DNA from: Mantamonas sphyraenae STR306
Lineage: Eukaryota; Protista; CRuMs
Direction of reading: 5' to 3'
DNA: 64,000 bases
NCBI GenBank assembly: GCA_026936335.1
Contig: JAPMXV010000067.1
Span: 186,001 to 250,000, forward strand
A program made the translations under genes and the position numbers. Under the pieces are notes generated by a model, which saw only the letters and a list, made by a program, of their open reading frames with translations, ran no database searches and was not told the DNA's origin. Each line of letters starts with the position of its first letter. Position 1 is the stretch's first letter. Shown piece after piece: positions 20,633-33,485 of the stretch.

Positions 20633-22471
20633 CTTTGGTCGGCGTGGCATCGTTGGTGACGGAAGTTGCGGCTGCTGCTGCTGCTGCCGCCGCCGCTTCT
20701 GCCTTTTGCTTGGCGGCTGCCTCTGCTGCGGCGTGTTTCTTGGCTTTTGCTGCTGCCGCTGCCGCCTTGGCCGCTGCTTTGGCCGCCGCCTTGGCCTTGG
20801 TTGCGTCGGTTGCTGATTTGGCGTTGGATGAGGACGATGATGAGGTTGAGGCTTTGGCGGCGGCAGCAGGAGTGGGGCTGGGAGTGGGTGATGGAATCTC
20901 GTCCTTCCCGTACATCATGACCTCCACGGCGTCGTCGCCCTCAAAATGCACCACATCCATCTGGACCAGCGCATACACCACCACAGGTGTCACCACTGCC
21001 ACGGCCATGAGTAGCAGCAGCAGCACCGAGAGCACTCCGACGCCCTCGTCGGCAGCCCGATTCTTCTTCTGCTGCTGCGCCGTTGCCTTTGCCTGCGCCT
21101 GCTTTGTCCTTGTGCCCTTCTTGCTCTTCTGTGCATCCCCATTGCTCTTGCCTTTGCCATTGCCTGTGCTCTGCTTTCCCGTCTCCTGCGTCTCCTGTGC
21201 CGCCTGTGTTGTTGTCGTTGCCGTCGACTTTGATGTCTGGAACGCAGGGTGATCCTTGGTCACCGCCTTGGTGCCCTTTTTGCTCGCTTTGCCAGCTTGC
21301 TTGTCACTGCTCCTTCTGCTGCTTGGCTTGGCAGCGGCCGACTCTGCCGATGCGCTGGAGGCTCGTTTCTGCGTTTCAATGTACTTTTGCCTGCCCAGCT
21401 CGGCAAACGACGTTTCCATGTTACTTCGTGTCTCCTGGCTGAGGGTGTCCAGCCCTTTGGTTTGTCCTGTGCTTTCAATTTCGCCCTGTTCGATGGCTTT
21501 GCCGCTGTAATCCAGGCTGCTTTCGTGTTGCTGCTTCTCCTGAAACACACGAGCCAACGACTCGTACGCACGTTTGCGCTCCCCCGCCACCTCCTGCTCA
21601 CTCGGGGGTGCCACGTACACCATCCCATCCTCACCTCGTTCCTCCTGCCGTGCTAGCATGACCACCGTTTGCTCGTACACCTGCTTTTCGGCGGCACGGA
21701 ACTGCAGGCTTCCGGGCTCGAATCGTCACCAAACGAGTCGGCCACGCGGCCCAGGTACTTGCCAAGCGAAAACATGCCCAGCATGTCGGTAGTGTCGTGC
21801 AGGATGATGGCATCCATGTACGAGGCCAGCTGTGCATCGAGGTTCCCTTGAGCGCCAAACTGCTCGGCTCGTTGCAGGGCGGCCTCCACCAGCTTCCTGT
21901 TGCGTCCGTCCAGCTCCTCCAGATCCAACTCCGGTGCAGGCAGCCGTGTGGGGATGGCACTGAAATGCAGAGGCAGCTGTTGGTCCATGTCTGCGTCGAG
22001 ATCCATGTCCACGTCTGCTGCGTTGTCCCACTCCGTCTTGCGTCCGTTGCGGGAGGGTTTCCCGCCCTCGTCACCGCCACCGCCTCGCTCCTTGTCACTG
22101 CGTCCGCCCTCTCCAGACTCCCGCGTCTGCTCCCTGTCCCGTTCCTCCCGGCTTCGATCCGAGGCCGCCCTCCCTTGCGTGATGCTTACTTCGTTGATGC
22201 GCTTGGGTGCCACCGGAGGCGGGGTGCGTCCTTGCCGCGCGGCTGCACTGCCCCGGCTGCTGCTGTTGTTGCTGGCAGTCACGCTGTCATTGCCACCCGT
22301 GCCACTGCCATTCGACGACAACGGCGCATGCGGACGTACGGAGGAGCCGCCACCCACCGCGTTTGGTGAGGTCATCAGCAGGCCGTGCGCACGACGTGGC
22401 GCCGGCGCTCGCTCATCACCGCCCTTGCGAAGAGAGGTCCGTGAACCCGCCTTGGTCGTTGAATCCGACAT
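20535..22471 (-). CDS. Uncharacterised protein with helical domain and one C-proximal TM helix
   Basis: Two frames are joined by a missing C at about 21707 (EA-LQFRAAEKQVYEQ). Hydrophobic VGVLSVLLLLLMAVAVVTPVVVYALV followed by an Ala/Lys-rich tail. Confidence 0.6.
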
Positions 22472-22607
22472 GAGGCGAGGCTTTGGGGGGGGGGGGAAGG
22501 ATTGGGTGTGTGGTGGGTGGGTGTGCTTTTGGTTGCGGGAAGTGCCCGCGCAGCGCCACACCGACCAACACATCACACACACACACACACACACAACACT
22601 TCCGCCC

Positions 22608-25600
22608 ATGTACGAAGAATACGGGGAAGCGTCTGACGAGGAGGAGGAATCCATTGTGTTGGAGGAGCCGTGGGATCCGACGTATGAGCCGACACAAGAG
22701 GAGATTCGTGAGTACGCGTTGTGGCTGGGCATGGAGCTTCCAGCGGACAACGATCTGCTTTGGATTGCTCGCGAGGGCCTCAAGGCACCTCTGCCTTCCG
22801 AGTGGAAACCTTGCAAGACCAGCGACGGCCAACTGTACTACTTCAACTTTAGCACGGAGGAAAGCACCTGGGACCACCCGTGCGATCAACACTACAAACA
22901 AGTCCTCGCCCAGGAGAAGAGCAAGAAGCAGCGCGAAAAGAATGTCATGCAGCAGGAGCGCGCCAAGAAGAACCGTCCCAAGGTAAGAAGTGCCACGCGT
23001 CTACCCCCGTGCATGAGTCCCATTGCAGCCGTTTTCCCAAAGAGGCGGATTTTCCGTTGGCCGTTTTGGCGCCACCGCGCTTGTCCTCGGCTGAAAAGCG
23101 CACGCGAGCATGCACGAGACACGCTGAAGGGTCATCTGCCCTTCGAGTGCGTGTGGAAATACAACAGGAGAGCATCCACGGGCAGGCGTGTGGATGTAAG
23201 CGCGCATGTGAGCTAACTCGGAGCCTGTGAATGGGCGCCATTCGTCTCATCTCAAAAATCGCACAGGCGGCAGACGACATTCTGGGCATGATCGTACGTG
23301 AATAGGCAGGGGAAAGAGAGGAGAACCTACCCACAGAGAGGGTGTGGTGGATGGGGGGAGGGGTTGTGCACTGACACCAGGAGTGGGAATCGCAGAGCGG
23401 CGGAGGCGGGTCGTCCGGCAAGAAACTCGGCGGCCTCAAGACCAGTGGAGGCGGAAGCGGCAGTTCGCTGACAAGTGGAAGCGGAGGCAGCAGCAGTGCG
23501 CTGGCCTCGAGTCAAGGTGACGATCCATTCAAGCCGAAGAAGAAGCTGGGCGGGCTGAGCAAGCCCTTGCCCCTGGGCGGGCTTGGCAAGGAAGACAATG
23601 GGGGCAGCAGCAGCGGCAAGCGCAAGAAGAAGGGAAGCAAGAAGGGCAAGAAGAGCAGCAAGGACAAGGACAGGGACGCAAGTGGGAGCGACAATTCGGG
23701 AACCGAGGAGGAGGAGGGTGGCATGAGCATGAACAGCGCACCGCAGACACACAGCAAAAAGGGGAACAGCAGCAGCAGCAGCACCCACAGCAACAGTGCC
23801 GTGTCGAAGGAGGCGCCACACGCCCATGCACCGTCGGGACAGGACACGCACGGGACGCACGCGGGCCACAACGCACACGAGGACCACATCCGGGCGACGG
23901 AGGAGGACGAACGGCACTTTGAGCAACTGCGCAAGACGAACCGTGCGCGTATGGAGCGGGAGTACGAAGAGTGGGAGGCGGAGCAGCAGAGTGCGCTGAA
24001 GAAGAAGCGGCGTGCGCTGGAGGAGGAGCTCTTTGAGCAGGAGATGACGATGAAGCGGGAACACCGTGCGGCATTGGACGAGAAGCAGGACGCGTGGCGA
24101 CGGGAGCTGCAGGAGGCGGAGGCGTTTGAGCGCAAGGCGTACGAGGATCGTGTGGCGGCGCTCAAGACGAAACTGGAGGAGGAGTACAAGCAGGCGGAGG
24201 CCACGGAGCGGCGAGTGGCCAAGGCCACGCTGGAGCAGAAGCAGAAGCAGTGGGATTTGGAGGCACGCAGCAAGGAGCACGCGGCCAAGGAGGCGCTGGA
24301 GGAACGCAAGCGCGAGGCAGAACGCGAGGCCGAGCGCGACTTTGATGCATTCCAACGCGAGCTGCAGAAGGAGTACGAGTTCAAGAAGGACGAGTACGAC
24401 CGCGAATGGTGGGCAGAGACAAAGGCCAAGGTGCAGGCGGAGGCACAGGAAGGCACAGCAGCAGCAGCAGCAGCAGCAGTGGCGGTTGATGACTCGGCGC
24501 AGGAAGCCAAGTTCCAGGAGGAGGCAGAGGCACGCGAGCGGGCACGCGAAGAGACACGTGCATCGTGGGCGGCAGAAGAGGAGGCAGAACGCAAGGCACA
24601 CGAGCAGCGCATGCAGCAGCTGCGTGACACGCATCAGGATCGCATGCTGGCGCTGAAGAAGCAGCACCGCGAGGAGCAGCGTGCGCTTGTGGACTCGCAG
24701 GACGAGGAAGTGCGCAAGGAAAAGGCGCGTCTGCAGGCGGAAGTGGACGCAGAGGTGGCCGAGGAACGGGCACGCTTGGAAGGCGACAAGGCCGCACGCG
24801 TGGCAGCGCTGCGGGAGGCGCTGGATGGCGACGAGAAGGAACTGCTGGAGCAGCGGGAGGCGTTGGCCACGCGCCTGGCAGACGTGCGTGCGGCACACGA
24901 CGAGGAAGTGCGCGGCCTGCAGGCGGCCATTGAGGCGGCGAGGGAGGAGCGTGCGGCTGCGGAACGCGAGGCACGCGAAGAGGCGGCACGCACGAGTGCC
25001 ACAAAGCAGGAGCTGCGCGAACAGCTGGACCGCTTCAAGGAGGGCAACACACGCCAGGTGGAGGAGTTTGAAGCTCAGCGGCGTGCGGCAGCGGCACGGT
25101 ACGAAGCGGAGCTGGCGGATGTGCGGGCCACACATGCACGGCAGCTGGATGAAGTTCGCCAGGAGCTGGCACGCAAGCTGGGCGCCGAAGAGACACGCAT
25201 TGGAGCAGAGGTGTTGGTGGCACGTCAGAGCAGCGGGGCGCAGGAGCTGGCGGAGGCGGAGAAGAAGGTGAGCGAAGCACGCACGGCGCTTCTGCAGCAG
25301 CAAGGTCGGCTGGAGGCGCAGCAGGAGAGGGCCGAGGAGGCTGAACAGGCGGCTGCTGCACGTGTGGAGGCCGCACGTGTGGCAGAGGCCTCTGCACAGG
25401 CAGCGGTGGAGGAGGCGGAAAAGCAGGAGGCGGCGGCTCAGGAACGGGTGGAGGCGGCGCGAGAGGCGGCGCAAGCGGCGGAACGCGAGAGTGCATCTCG
25501 GGTGGCACGTGCGCAGGCGCAGGCTCAAGCAGCCGAAGAGGCATTGGCAGCAGCGACAGCGGCCGCTCAGGCTCAGCCGGGAGCCCAGGAAACAGGGGCT

Positions 25601-27358
25601 TCGGATGGAGGACAGCAGCTGAGTGGAATCCAGGAGCAGATCAGCCAGCTGCACGAGATGATGGTCGAGCAGGCCGAGAGGCAGGCAAAAGCCCAGGCCG
25701 AGGCCGAGGCCGCTGCCGCCAAGCAGGCCCAGGCGGCGGTGGACAAGGAAAACATGGTTGCTTCGAGTGGAAACAACAACGGAGAGGACGGCGCACACAC
25801 AGGCACAGGCACAAGCGCAGGCACAAGCACAAGCACAAGCACAGCGGCGCAGCGCACGGAAAAGTGGGCAGAGGCACGCGTGCAGGCACACCGCCTGCCT
25901 ATGGCAGCGTCGTCGCCGTCGGGCGGAAGCGCAACGACAGGAACCACAGCTGGGTCGCCGTCCATTATTGATTTGGACGACGATGGCAATGCGCAGGACG
26001 ACGACGGGCGCAGGGTGCACTTTGCCGCCTCCAAGGGCAAGCACCCGGGCAAACGCGGCACATCGTCCGGGCACCAGCAGCACAAGCAGCAGCACCAGAG
26101 CGGCAGCGGCAGCGGCAGCGGCAGCAGCAGCCTGCATGCAATGGAGGAAGAGAAGATGCGGCTGAAACAGGCAAAGAACATCATCCGCGAGCAGAAGCGG
26201 GATCTTCGCGCACAGCAGAAGGAGCTGGAACGTGCACGGGATGCCCTGAAGCAAGACATGGGTGCGTTGGACCGCAGGGACAGGGATTACCGCACGAAAA
26301 AGTCGCTGCTGGGAGCGGTGAAAAAGACGCTGGACAAGCAGAGCCGTGCGTACAACGACACCGTGCGCCAGCTGCAAGCCAGCCAGCGGTACCTGGAGTT
26401 GCGTGAGCAGCGCTTGGGGCTCGTCGAATCCTCCTTTGTGTTTGACTGTGACGACGCCGACGATGTGTCGTCGTCGTCGTCGTCGGATGCCTCGTCGTCC
26501 ATGCTCGACGACACGGGTTCCCTCGACAGCCCGGCGGCCTTTGATTCGGACGCACGCTACCGCGCCCTCAAGGCCAAGGTGCGCGCTCTGGAGGGCGAAC
26601 TGCAGCAGGTGATGGCCGACATGAGCGGCAAGCAACGCGGAGGCAGCAGCAGCAGCAGCCGTTTGGCGTCCCATTCTGTGCGTCCGCGTTCGCCCATGCG
26701 CAACGAAGCACAGCAAGAGGCACGCAAGTCGCACGCGTACAAGACGTCCCGTACGGCGTTCAAGTTTTACCACGACGACGAACCCGAACGCAACCGCAGC
26801 AACGGGGGCGGCGACGGCGTGGGCAATCTGGCACACAAGTGGAACGTGTACCTGCCCCTTCCCGGCATGGGTGCGTACGACGATGGCCACGACGTGGATC
26901 AGGTGCCGCACATCATTGCACGCAAGCAGGCGTTCAACGAACGCCTGCTGTCGTGGACGGGTGAACGCGACTCGGTGCAGGCCATCCTGTCCAAACATGC
27001 AAACTGGCTGCATGCCATGAACGAACAGATGCGCATTGGCGCAGCGTCTCGACGTGGAACGTCCAGCAGCACCGCAGGTGACAGCGACAACGGGAATGCC
27101 CTCACCACGATAAAGTCGGGCTCGGTGCGTGTGCCCTCGCTTCGCCCGGGCAGTGCTGGACAGCTGCTGGAGTTGGACGACTTGGCTGAAGACGACCAAG
27201 TGGCCATCACCATCAACTTTCGCAAAAAGGGAGACACCCTCGTGGCCGATCAAATGACACGCGGCGTAATCCAAATGCATTTCACCTTCCCCCTCCCAAC
27301 CCAAGCCGCTTCTTGGTCTCCTCACGCTGGAACCTCCTCTCGGCATTCCTTTCCATAA
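22608..27358 (+). CDS. CEP164: Centrosomal protein CEP164-like (WW domain + long coiled coil)
   Basis: Exon 1 (22608-22982) encodes LEE..D..YEPT.EEI.EYA..LGM.....DLLWIAREGL.APLP.EWKPC....G.LYYFNF.T.ES.WDHPCD.HY. Exon 2 starts at 23381 or 23396 and encodes an E/A/R/K coiled coil. Confidence 0.88.
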
Positions 27359-28565
27359 TGTCGGCGCGTGTGTCGTCGGCCTGCATGGCCAGGTAGGTGA
27401 TTTGGTTCTTGTTGCGCATGGCTCCTTTGACCGTACGCGTCCGCTTGGGTTTCACCATCGCCGCCGCAGTGGGATCAAAGTCGTTCACGGGATCGTAGCC
27501 CACGACTTCCATCACCTGCGGCCCTGCCTGTGATGCCAGCTTGGCAATCGCCGCCTGTTCCCGGTTCCCGAGGTTCCCTGCCATGGCCTGCCATGCCCCA
27601 CTCACAACCATGTTCCCGTCTCCTTGATATTCCCCTGGCACACTGTGCACCGCTTCCATTCCCATTTCCGTCATCTTCACCTGTGGGCCTGCTGTCTGTG
27701 CGTCGTCTTGTGTCCTCATCGCCTCTGGATCAAAGTAGTCCCCTTCCATCTCCAGGTACGCGTCTGTAAACGCATCCTGCTCCTCTTGGGTCATACCAGC
27801 CCATCGTTCCTGTCTCTGGATCCCATTCAACGCCTTCCACTGAGTCACAAGAGCCTTGCCATCGACCACGGCGTCCTCCTCCTCCTCCTCCTCCTCCTCC
27901 TCCTCCTCCCCTTCCTCGTCAACATCCTTCCCGGTCCCCGCTGCCACCTTGCCTTGTAGCACGTACGGGATAAACATCCCATTCTTTGTTTTGCTGCGGA
28001 TCCGTGTGTTTTCCTTCAGTGTGGCATTGCCCCAACGGCTGCTGCTGCTCACGTTGGCACCCATGCCAAACAGCGGCTTCTTCTTTGGCGCCCCTTCTTG
28101 CTCCGGGTCGCCCTCCACACGTGCTCTTTTGCTATCCTGGACAATCTCGTTCCCGTCTCCTGTCCCGGGCGATGCCTTGTGCAGATCCACGGCCACCACC
28201 GAGCGCGCACGCTTGCGATTCTCTTCGGCTGCCGCCTCCCGCGCTTCGGCTTCCGCAGCTTTTGCCTTTTCCTCTGCCTCTTGCGCCTGCACCTCTTCCA
28301 GAAGCTTGCTCGTTTCCACCGTCACTTTGCCACCCTGGCTCTTCCGCAGCTTCCTTTCCAGTTTCCGCCTCTTCTTCTCTGCCCGCCGTTCCTCCTTGCT
28401 CTTGGTTGCACTCACCACCGGCGCAGACAGCCTGCTCAACAGGCTTCCACCACCGCCTGCTGCTGCTGCTGGTGCACTCTCTTCCTTTGAGCCTGAATCA
28501 TGGGCCACCACGGCTTCCTCCTCATCGTCGCTGCTGTCCGACGCATAGTTGCCCAAAGCCTGCAT
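27282..28565 (-). CDS. PRCC-like protein
   Basis: N-terminal LGNYASDSSDDEE and C-terminal RNKNQITYLA..A......ER.AE....REETKKR.G, typical of PRCC family termini. Confidence 0.7.
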   Translation of the reverse strand: MQALGNYASDSSDDEEEAVVAHDSGSKEESAPAAAAGGGGSLLSRLSAPVVSATKSKEERRAEKKRRKLERKLRKSQGGKVTVETSKLLEEVQAQEAEEKAKAAEAEAREAAAEENRKRARSVVAVDLHKASPGTGDGNEIVQDSKRARVEGDPEQEGAPKKKPLFGMGANVSSSSRWGNATLKENTRIRSKTKNGMFIPYVLQGKVAAGTGKDVDEEGEEEEEEEEEEEDAVVDGKALVTQWKALNGIQRQERWAGMTQEEQDAFTDAYLEMEGDYFDPEAMRTQDDAQTAGPQVKMTEMGMEAVHSVPGEYQGDGNMVVSGAWQAMAGNLGNREQAAIAKLASQAGPQVMEVVGYDPVNDFDPTAAAMVKPKRTRTVKGAMRNKNQITYLAMQADDTRADIMERNAERRFQREETKKRLGLGGGR

Positions 28566-28626
28566 CCCACTTGACCACTCGTTTTGCGCTGGCTCCCTCA
28601 GCGCAACCTCACAATCTCTCTGGGCC

Positions 28627-30074
28627 ATGTCCTCCTCGTCGGCCACGCACACAAAGAAGCCACAGGCAGACGTGGAGCACTTCCACGTGCAGGTCACCTG
28701 GAAACGCTGGCTCATGCTGGGTATGTGCGCGTGACACGTCCAGTTTCCACGCGTGGATATCTCCCGCTTACACTTCTCCCCTCTCCCGCATATCACCCTC
28801 TCCCTCTTTGGCTTTGCACACACACAGGACTCTTTCTGCTGCTGGCCATGATGAATGCAGTGCAGTGGATCTCCTTCTCCAGCATTGCCGTGCAGACGGT
28901 GGCCTACTACGGCGTCACCTCCCTCGACGTTGACATGACCAGCAACCTGTTTGCCTTTGTGTACATTCCCGTCATCCTGATTGCCCCATACCTGTTGGAG
29001 CGCTTTGGTCTGTACAAGGGCCTGGTGTTTGCCGGCCTCCTTACAGTCGCGGGCGCCTGGCTTCGCATTCTCGCCGTTAACCCGGCCACCTTTGGCTGGA
29101 TTTGGGCCGGCCAGATTCTCGCCGCCGTGGCCCAGCCCATCATCATGGTGTGCCCCACGGTGGTGAGCAACACGTGGTTCCCAAGCAATGAGCGTACACT
29201 GGCCACCACCATTGCTTCGGTTGCCAACAACGTGGGCACTGCCATCGGCTTTGTCGTCCCTGCCGCCCTCGTTGGCCAGGATCCCACGCGCATTCCATCC
29301 ATGCTCACTGTCCTTGCCATTGCCTCCTCTGTCATCACCCTCATCCTCATCCTGGGCTTCCGTTCCCGTCCCGAACACGCCCCGTCCGTGGCTGCCCATG
29401 AACAAGAGTCCCACCACACCAGTCGTGCCAGCATCATCGCCATGCTTCGCAATCCCAACTTTTGGATTGTTTTTGCCACCTTTAGTGTGGCTCTGGGCAG
29501 TTTTAGCTCACTTGCTACTCTCCTCGACCAACTCCTCGTCCCCTACGGCTACCACAACACCTTCAACTCCCTCCTTGGTGCCCTCACCGTCCTTGTCGGC
29601 CTTGTTGGCGCCGCTGCTGCCGGTATTTACGTCGACAAGACACTGGAGTACAAACGCGTCATCGCTATCCTCATGGGTGGGGTCGTCGTCGCGCTCCTTG
29701 CTTTCAGCCTCTTCATGCGGCCCGGCCAGGAAGTGGAGCTCGCTGTAGTTGCTTCCTTCCTGGGCTTCACCATGACACCGCTCATTCCCCTATGCCTCGA
29801 GCTCAGTGTGGAGGTTTCCCATCCGGCTGGCGAGGCCGCTCCTTCGGGTCTCCTCATGTTTGGCGGACAGATAACCAGTTTTGTCTATGTGTTTGCAGGC
29901 AACTCATTTATTGAGAAAGGCCACACCGAGTGGGTCATGTACATGCTGGCTGGCACCCTGCTCATCTGCGCCCCGTTTTTCCTGTTTGTCCTCGACGCCC
30001 GACTGCTCCGTCACCAGAGCGAAGTCGACGCAGAAACCAACCAGGAGCGATCCCCGCTGGTTGTCAGTACGTGA
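28627..30074 (+). CDS. MFS transporter, FLVCR/SLC49 family
   Basis: Exons 28627-28720 and 28828-30074. KRWLML, NAVQWISFSSI, GAWLR, GQILAAVAQP, WFPSNERTLAT, about 12 TM helices. Confidence 0.9.
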
Positions 30075-30270
30075 TTGTGAGGATACACACACACACACAC
30101 AGAATCAATGGAATCAAAAGGGTTCATTCCCATCTTCCCCAGACGATCATCAGTCACAATTCTGGGTGCAATTTTGACACATACACAGTTCACCGAGTGG
30201 GCTGTTGTACACCCCTCGACGAGAGAGAGAGCATTCGTGCTGAAACAATGGCTGAGCGCGGTCTGCGACA

Positions 30271-32185
30271 ATGCAATTTGCGAGACGCGCAACCAAGAGC
30301 CTGATGAGCAGCAGCAGCAGCAGTGCAGTGGTGGGGTCGGCAGTTGGGGTGATGGACAGCTCAGCCTCAATGAGCACGGAGGAAGTGAAAGAGTCGCTGG
30401 CAGCCAAGTACGCCGAGGTGGAGCCCGAAGAGGTTGTGAACAAGACATTCAAGCAGCGGGTGCGTCAGAGCAACTCCGAGTCGCGGAAGCACAACAGTGC
30501 TCCCCAGCCACAGTCCAAGAACTCCAAGAAGAAAAGGAAACGCAACAAGAAACGCAAGGGTCTGGTGCGCTTGAGCCAGATCAGCGCAGAAGGCGGCCTC
30601 ACGTGCGAGCACCACCACAATCACACGCGAGTGATCGACGAGCCACCTGCTCCGTCGGTGGCGGCTGCCCAAGATGGCAAGCCCAAGCTTGAGGGCTACG
30701 CGTACTTTGAGGCGCTGGGGTCGCCCAAGTACATGGTTGCGCCGATGGTCGACCAGTCCGAGCTGGCCTTCCGCATGCTCAGCCGCAAATACGGCGCCAC
30801 CCTGACCTACACACCTATGGTTCACTCCAAGATCTTTCTGGAGTCGCAGACGTACAGGGAGGAGGTGCTCACGTTTTGCCAGGAGGACCGTCCCGTGCTC
30901 GTGCAGGTGAGTGACCCTTTCATCCCCGCCCGCTACCTCTTGACCATGAGAGACAGTGCCAGGAACTGACACCGGTATGACGACGTTGGATGATAAACAC
31001 GCACCATGGACGGATGGGCATATGGCACCCGCGTCTCCACTCAGTTCTGCGCAAACGACCCGGAGATCGCATTGCAGGCTGCCAAGGTTGCAGAACCCTT
31101 CTGCGACGGTATCGACTTGAACCTGGGCTGTCCGCAGAACATTGCCAAGCGAGGCCACTATGGGTCCTTCCTGCAGGAAGATCCGGAATTGATCAGCGCC
31201 ATCGGTAAGTGAGCAAAAGCGATTTCGATTTCCCCGGACTTTTGGCATCCCGACGGATGGTTTGCAGCGTGTGTCCAGGAGGAAGCTGACGCATCGATGG
31301 CCATTTGTCACCTCGCATGCCCTGCAGTGTCGACGTTGCACAAGAATTTGAGCGTGCCGGTGACCTGCAAGATCCGTGTGTTGGACACTGTCGACGCCAC
31401 CGTCGAGTACGCAAAGATGCTCGAACGCAGTGGCTGCCAGCTGCTGGGTGTCCACGGGCGCACCCGTGAGATGAAGGGCCACAAGCAAGGACTGGCTGAT
31501 TGGAGCAAGATCAAGGCTGTCAAGTGAGTGTGTGTGTGTGTGTGTGTGCGTGTGTGTGTGAACAACGGATTTTCTTGCAGCTGTGCTCATGTGCTCACAC
31601 ACCCCATCCTACGCAGAGACGCGCTGTCGATTCCCGTGGTGGCAAACGGAAACATTCTGTCGCTGGATGACGTACACAAGTGCATGGAGGAGACCGGAGT
31701 GGATGCGGTGATGTCTGCGCAGACTCTGCTCAAGAACCCCGCGCTGTTCTCCGGCGAGGACATCCCTGCAGCCAAGCTCGCTCGGGAGTATCTGGACTTG
31801 ACCATGGTGTATCCTACGCCGAAACGCATGGTGCGTGCACACCTGTTCCACATGTTGACGGACGACCTGCGCATTGCCACCGACCTGCGCGAGCTCATTT
31901 CCACCGTGTGGGAGATGAAGGACTTTGTGGCGGTGGTGGACACCCTGCTGGAGCGTTTGGACAGAGGTGACTTGTCTCCCTGCGACGAGGGTGACTCGTA
32001 CGTGTCCTCGCTGTTGCGCAAGGCTCGTGGCGAGGACGAGGATGCCACCCTGAGTGATGACGAGCAAGACGAGGAGGAGAACGAGGCCGACGAGATCCAG
32101 CGCCACGGCAAAAGCACACGCACTCCGAACGAAGCCTCCAAGTCGGATGAGAGCAAACGCAGGCGCAAGGACGAGGATGTGAGCG

Positions 32186-32223
<38 letters not shown>

Positions 32224-32244
32224 TCGGAAATGCAAGTCGAGTGA
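30271..32244 (+). CDS. DUS1: tRNA-dihydrouridine synthase DUS1-like
   Basis: Exons 30271-30906, 31045-31204, 31328-31523 and 31617-32244. [57 protein letters not shown]. Start uncertain. Confidence 0.93.
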
Positions 32245-32279
32245 ACACCTGTAGTTTGGATGGCTAAACACGATTTCCT

Positions 32280-33370
32280 TTATGCAAATCCGCGTGCGCC
32301 AGCGTAGCCCTTGAGGCCGCCGCACTTGTCGTTGGCGCAGCGCACGAAAACGTGGTGGCAGGACAGCATCTTGCTCTCGTCCGAGAAGTACATGTTCTCG
32401 TAGTTCTTGCAGTCGGAGTTCTCCGACGTCAGCGTGGTGTAGCAGCGCTTGAGACACACACGCTTCTCGTTCAGCGTCAGCTCCTGCGTGTTGTCGGCGT
32501 CCGTCAGAAAGTCCTGGATCTTCTCGTCGGCAAAGGCAAGCGTGTTGACCGCATCCTCGGCCTCGTCGTCAGAGTCCTCCTCGTCCTCCGAGGCGTCCTC
32601 CTTGGCGGCAGCCTCGTTGTCCTCCGCCAACTCCTCGTGCACCTGAGCCTCCATGTCCTCCTCGTCCTCAGACTCCTCTTCGGCATCGTCGTCCTGCAGC
32701 ACGTTCTCGTTCTCCTCTTCAGACAGGTCCGGCGCAACCACAGAATCCTCTGCGTCCTCCGCGTCCTGTGTGTGTGGGTGGGTGGGTGCCACAGCGTGTC
32801 GGTGTGTGTGTTTTGGCAATGTGCGTGTGTCGTTTGTCAGCTGCCCGCCCTCGGTTTCCTCGCCATCTCATTTCCGCCAAGAGGCGTGGACCCAACGCCC
32901 AGCCTCTCTCTCCCGATTTTCACGTACGGGCTCCTCATCGTCCGAATCCTCAATGTCGCTCGTGTTCTCCTCGGCCGAGTCCTCCATCTCCACGTCGTTC
33001 CTGTGAGCATGGTGTGTCAGCAGACGAGCACGCAGCACGCAAGAGGGCCGGCACGAGAAAAAAAAAGGTGGATGGATGGGCAGCGGGCTTTGCAAGGCCA
33101 CGCAAGGCACAGCACGGTGTGTATGGTACAAGCGACACAAACGCACACACGTGTGCGCCATTCTTCTGTGCCTTGGGACCGTGCGTGGCCTGTGGTGAGA
33201 CGCGGGCATGGAGAACAAACGCACTTTTCATCCTGGTCGGCAACATCGACAATGCTCTGGTCGGCGGCGGTTTCCTCGCCGGCAACCTTTTCAGCAGGGG
33301 CATTTTCGGCCACAGTGTCGGCCATGACAGCGCCACAGATCAACAAGATGAGCAGCACAGCGGTCTTCAT
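32280..33370 (-). CDS. Secreted acidic protein with C-terminal 6-Cys domain (about 234 aa), unknown
   Basis: Signal peptide MKTAVLLILLICGAVMA. Exons 33225-33370, 32928-33000 and 32280-32765 join in frame. Confidence 0.7.
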
Positions 33371-33485
33371 GGGTGATTGGTTGTTCTGCACCCCGTTGCG
33401 CCGCCTCGGTCGCAAAGACCTGCCCGAGCAAAACCAATCCAGCCAAGCCGCAGACCCGCAGAGACGAAGCCAACACACGGTTAGG

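Noticed and set aside
23327-27346. 1339-aa minus-strand ORF and similar long antisense ORFs (5922+, 41170+, 50864+)
   Set aside because: Antisense shadows of GC-rich or repetitive CDS, with no domain features.
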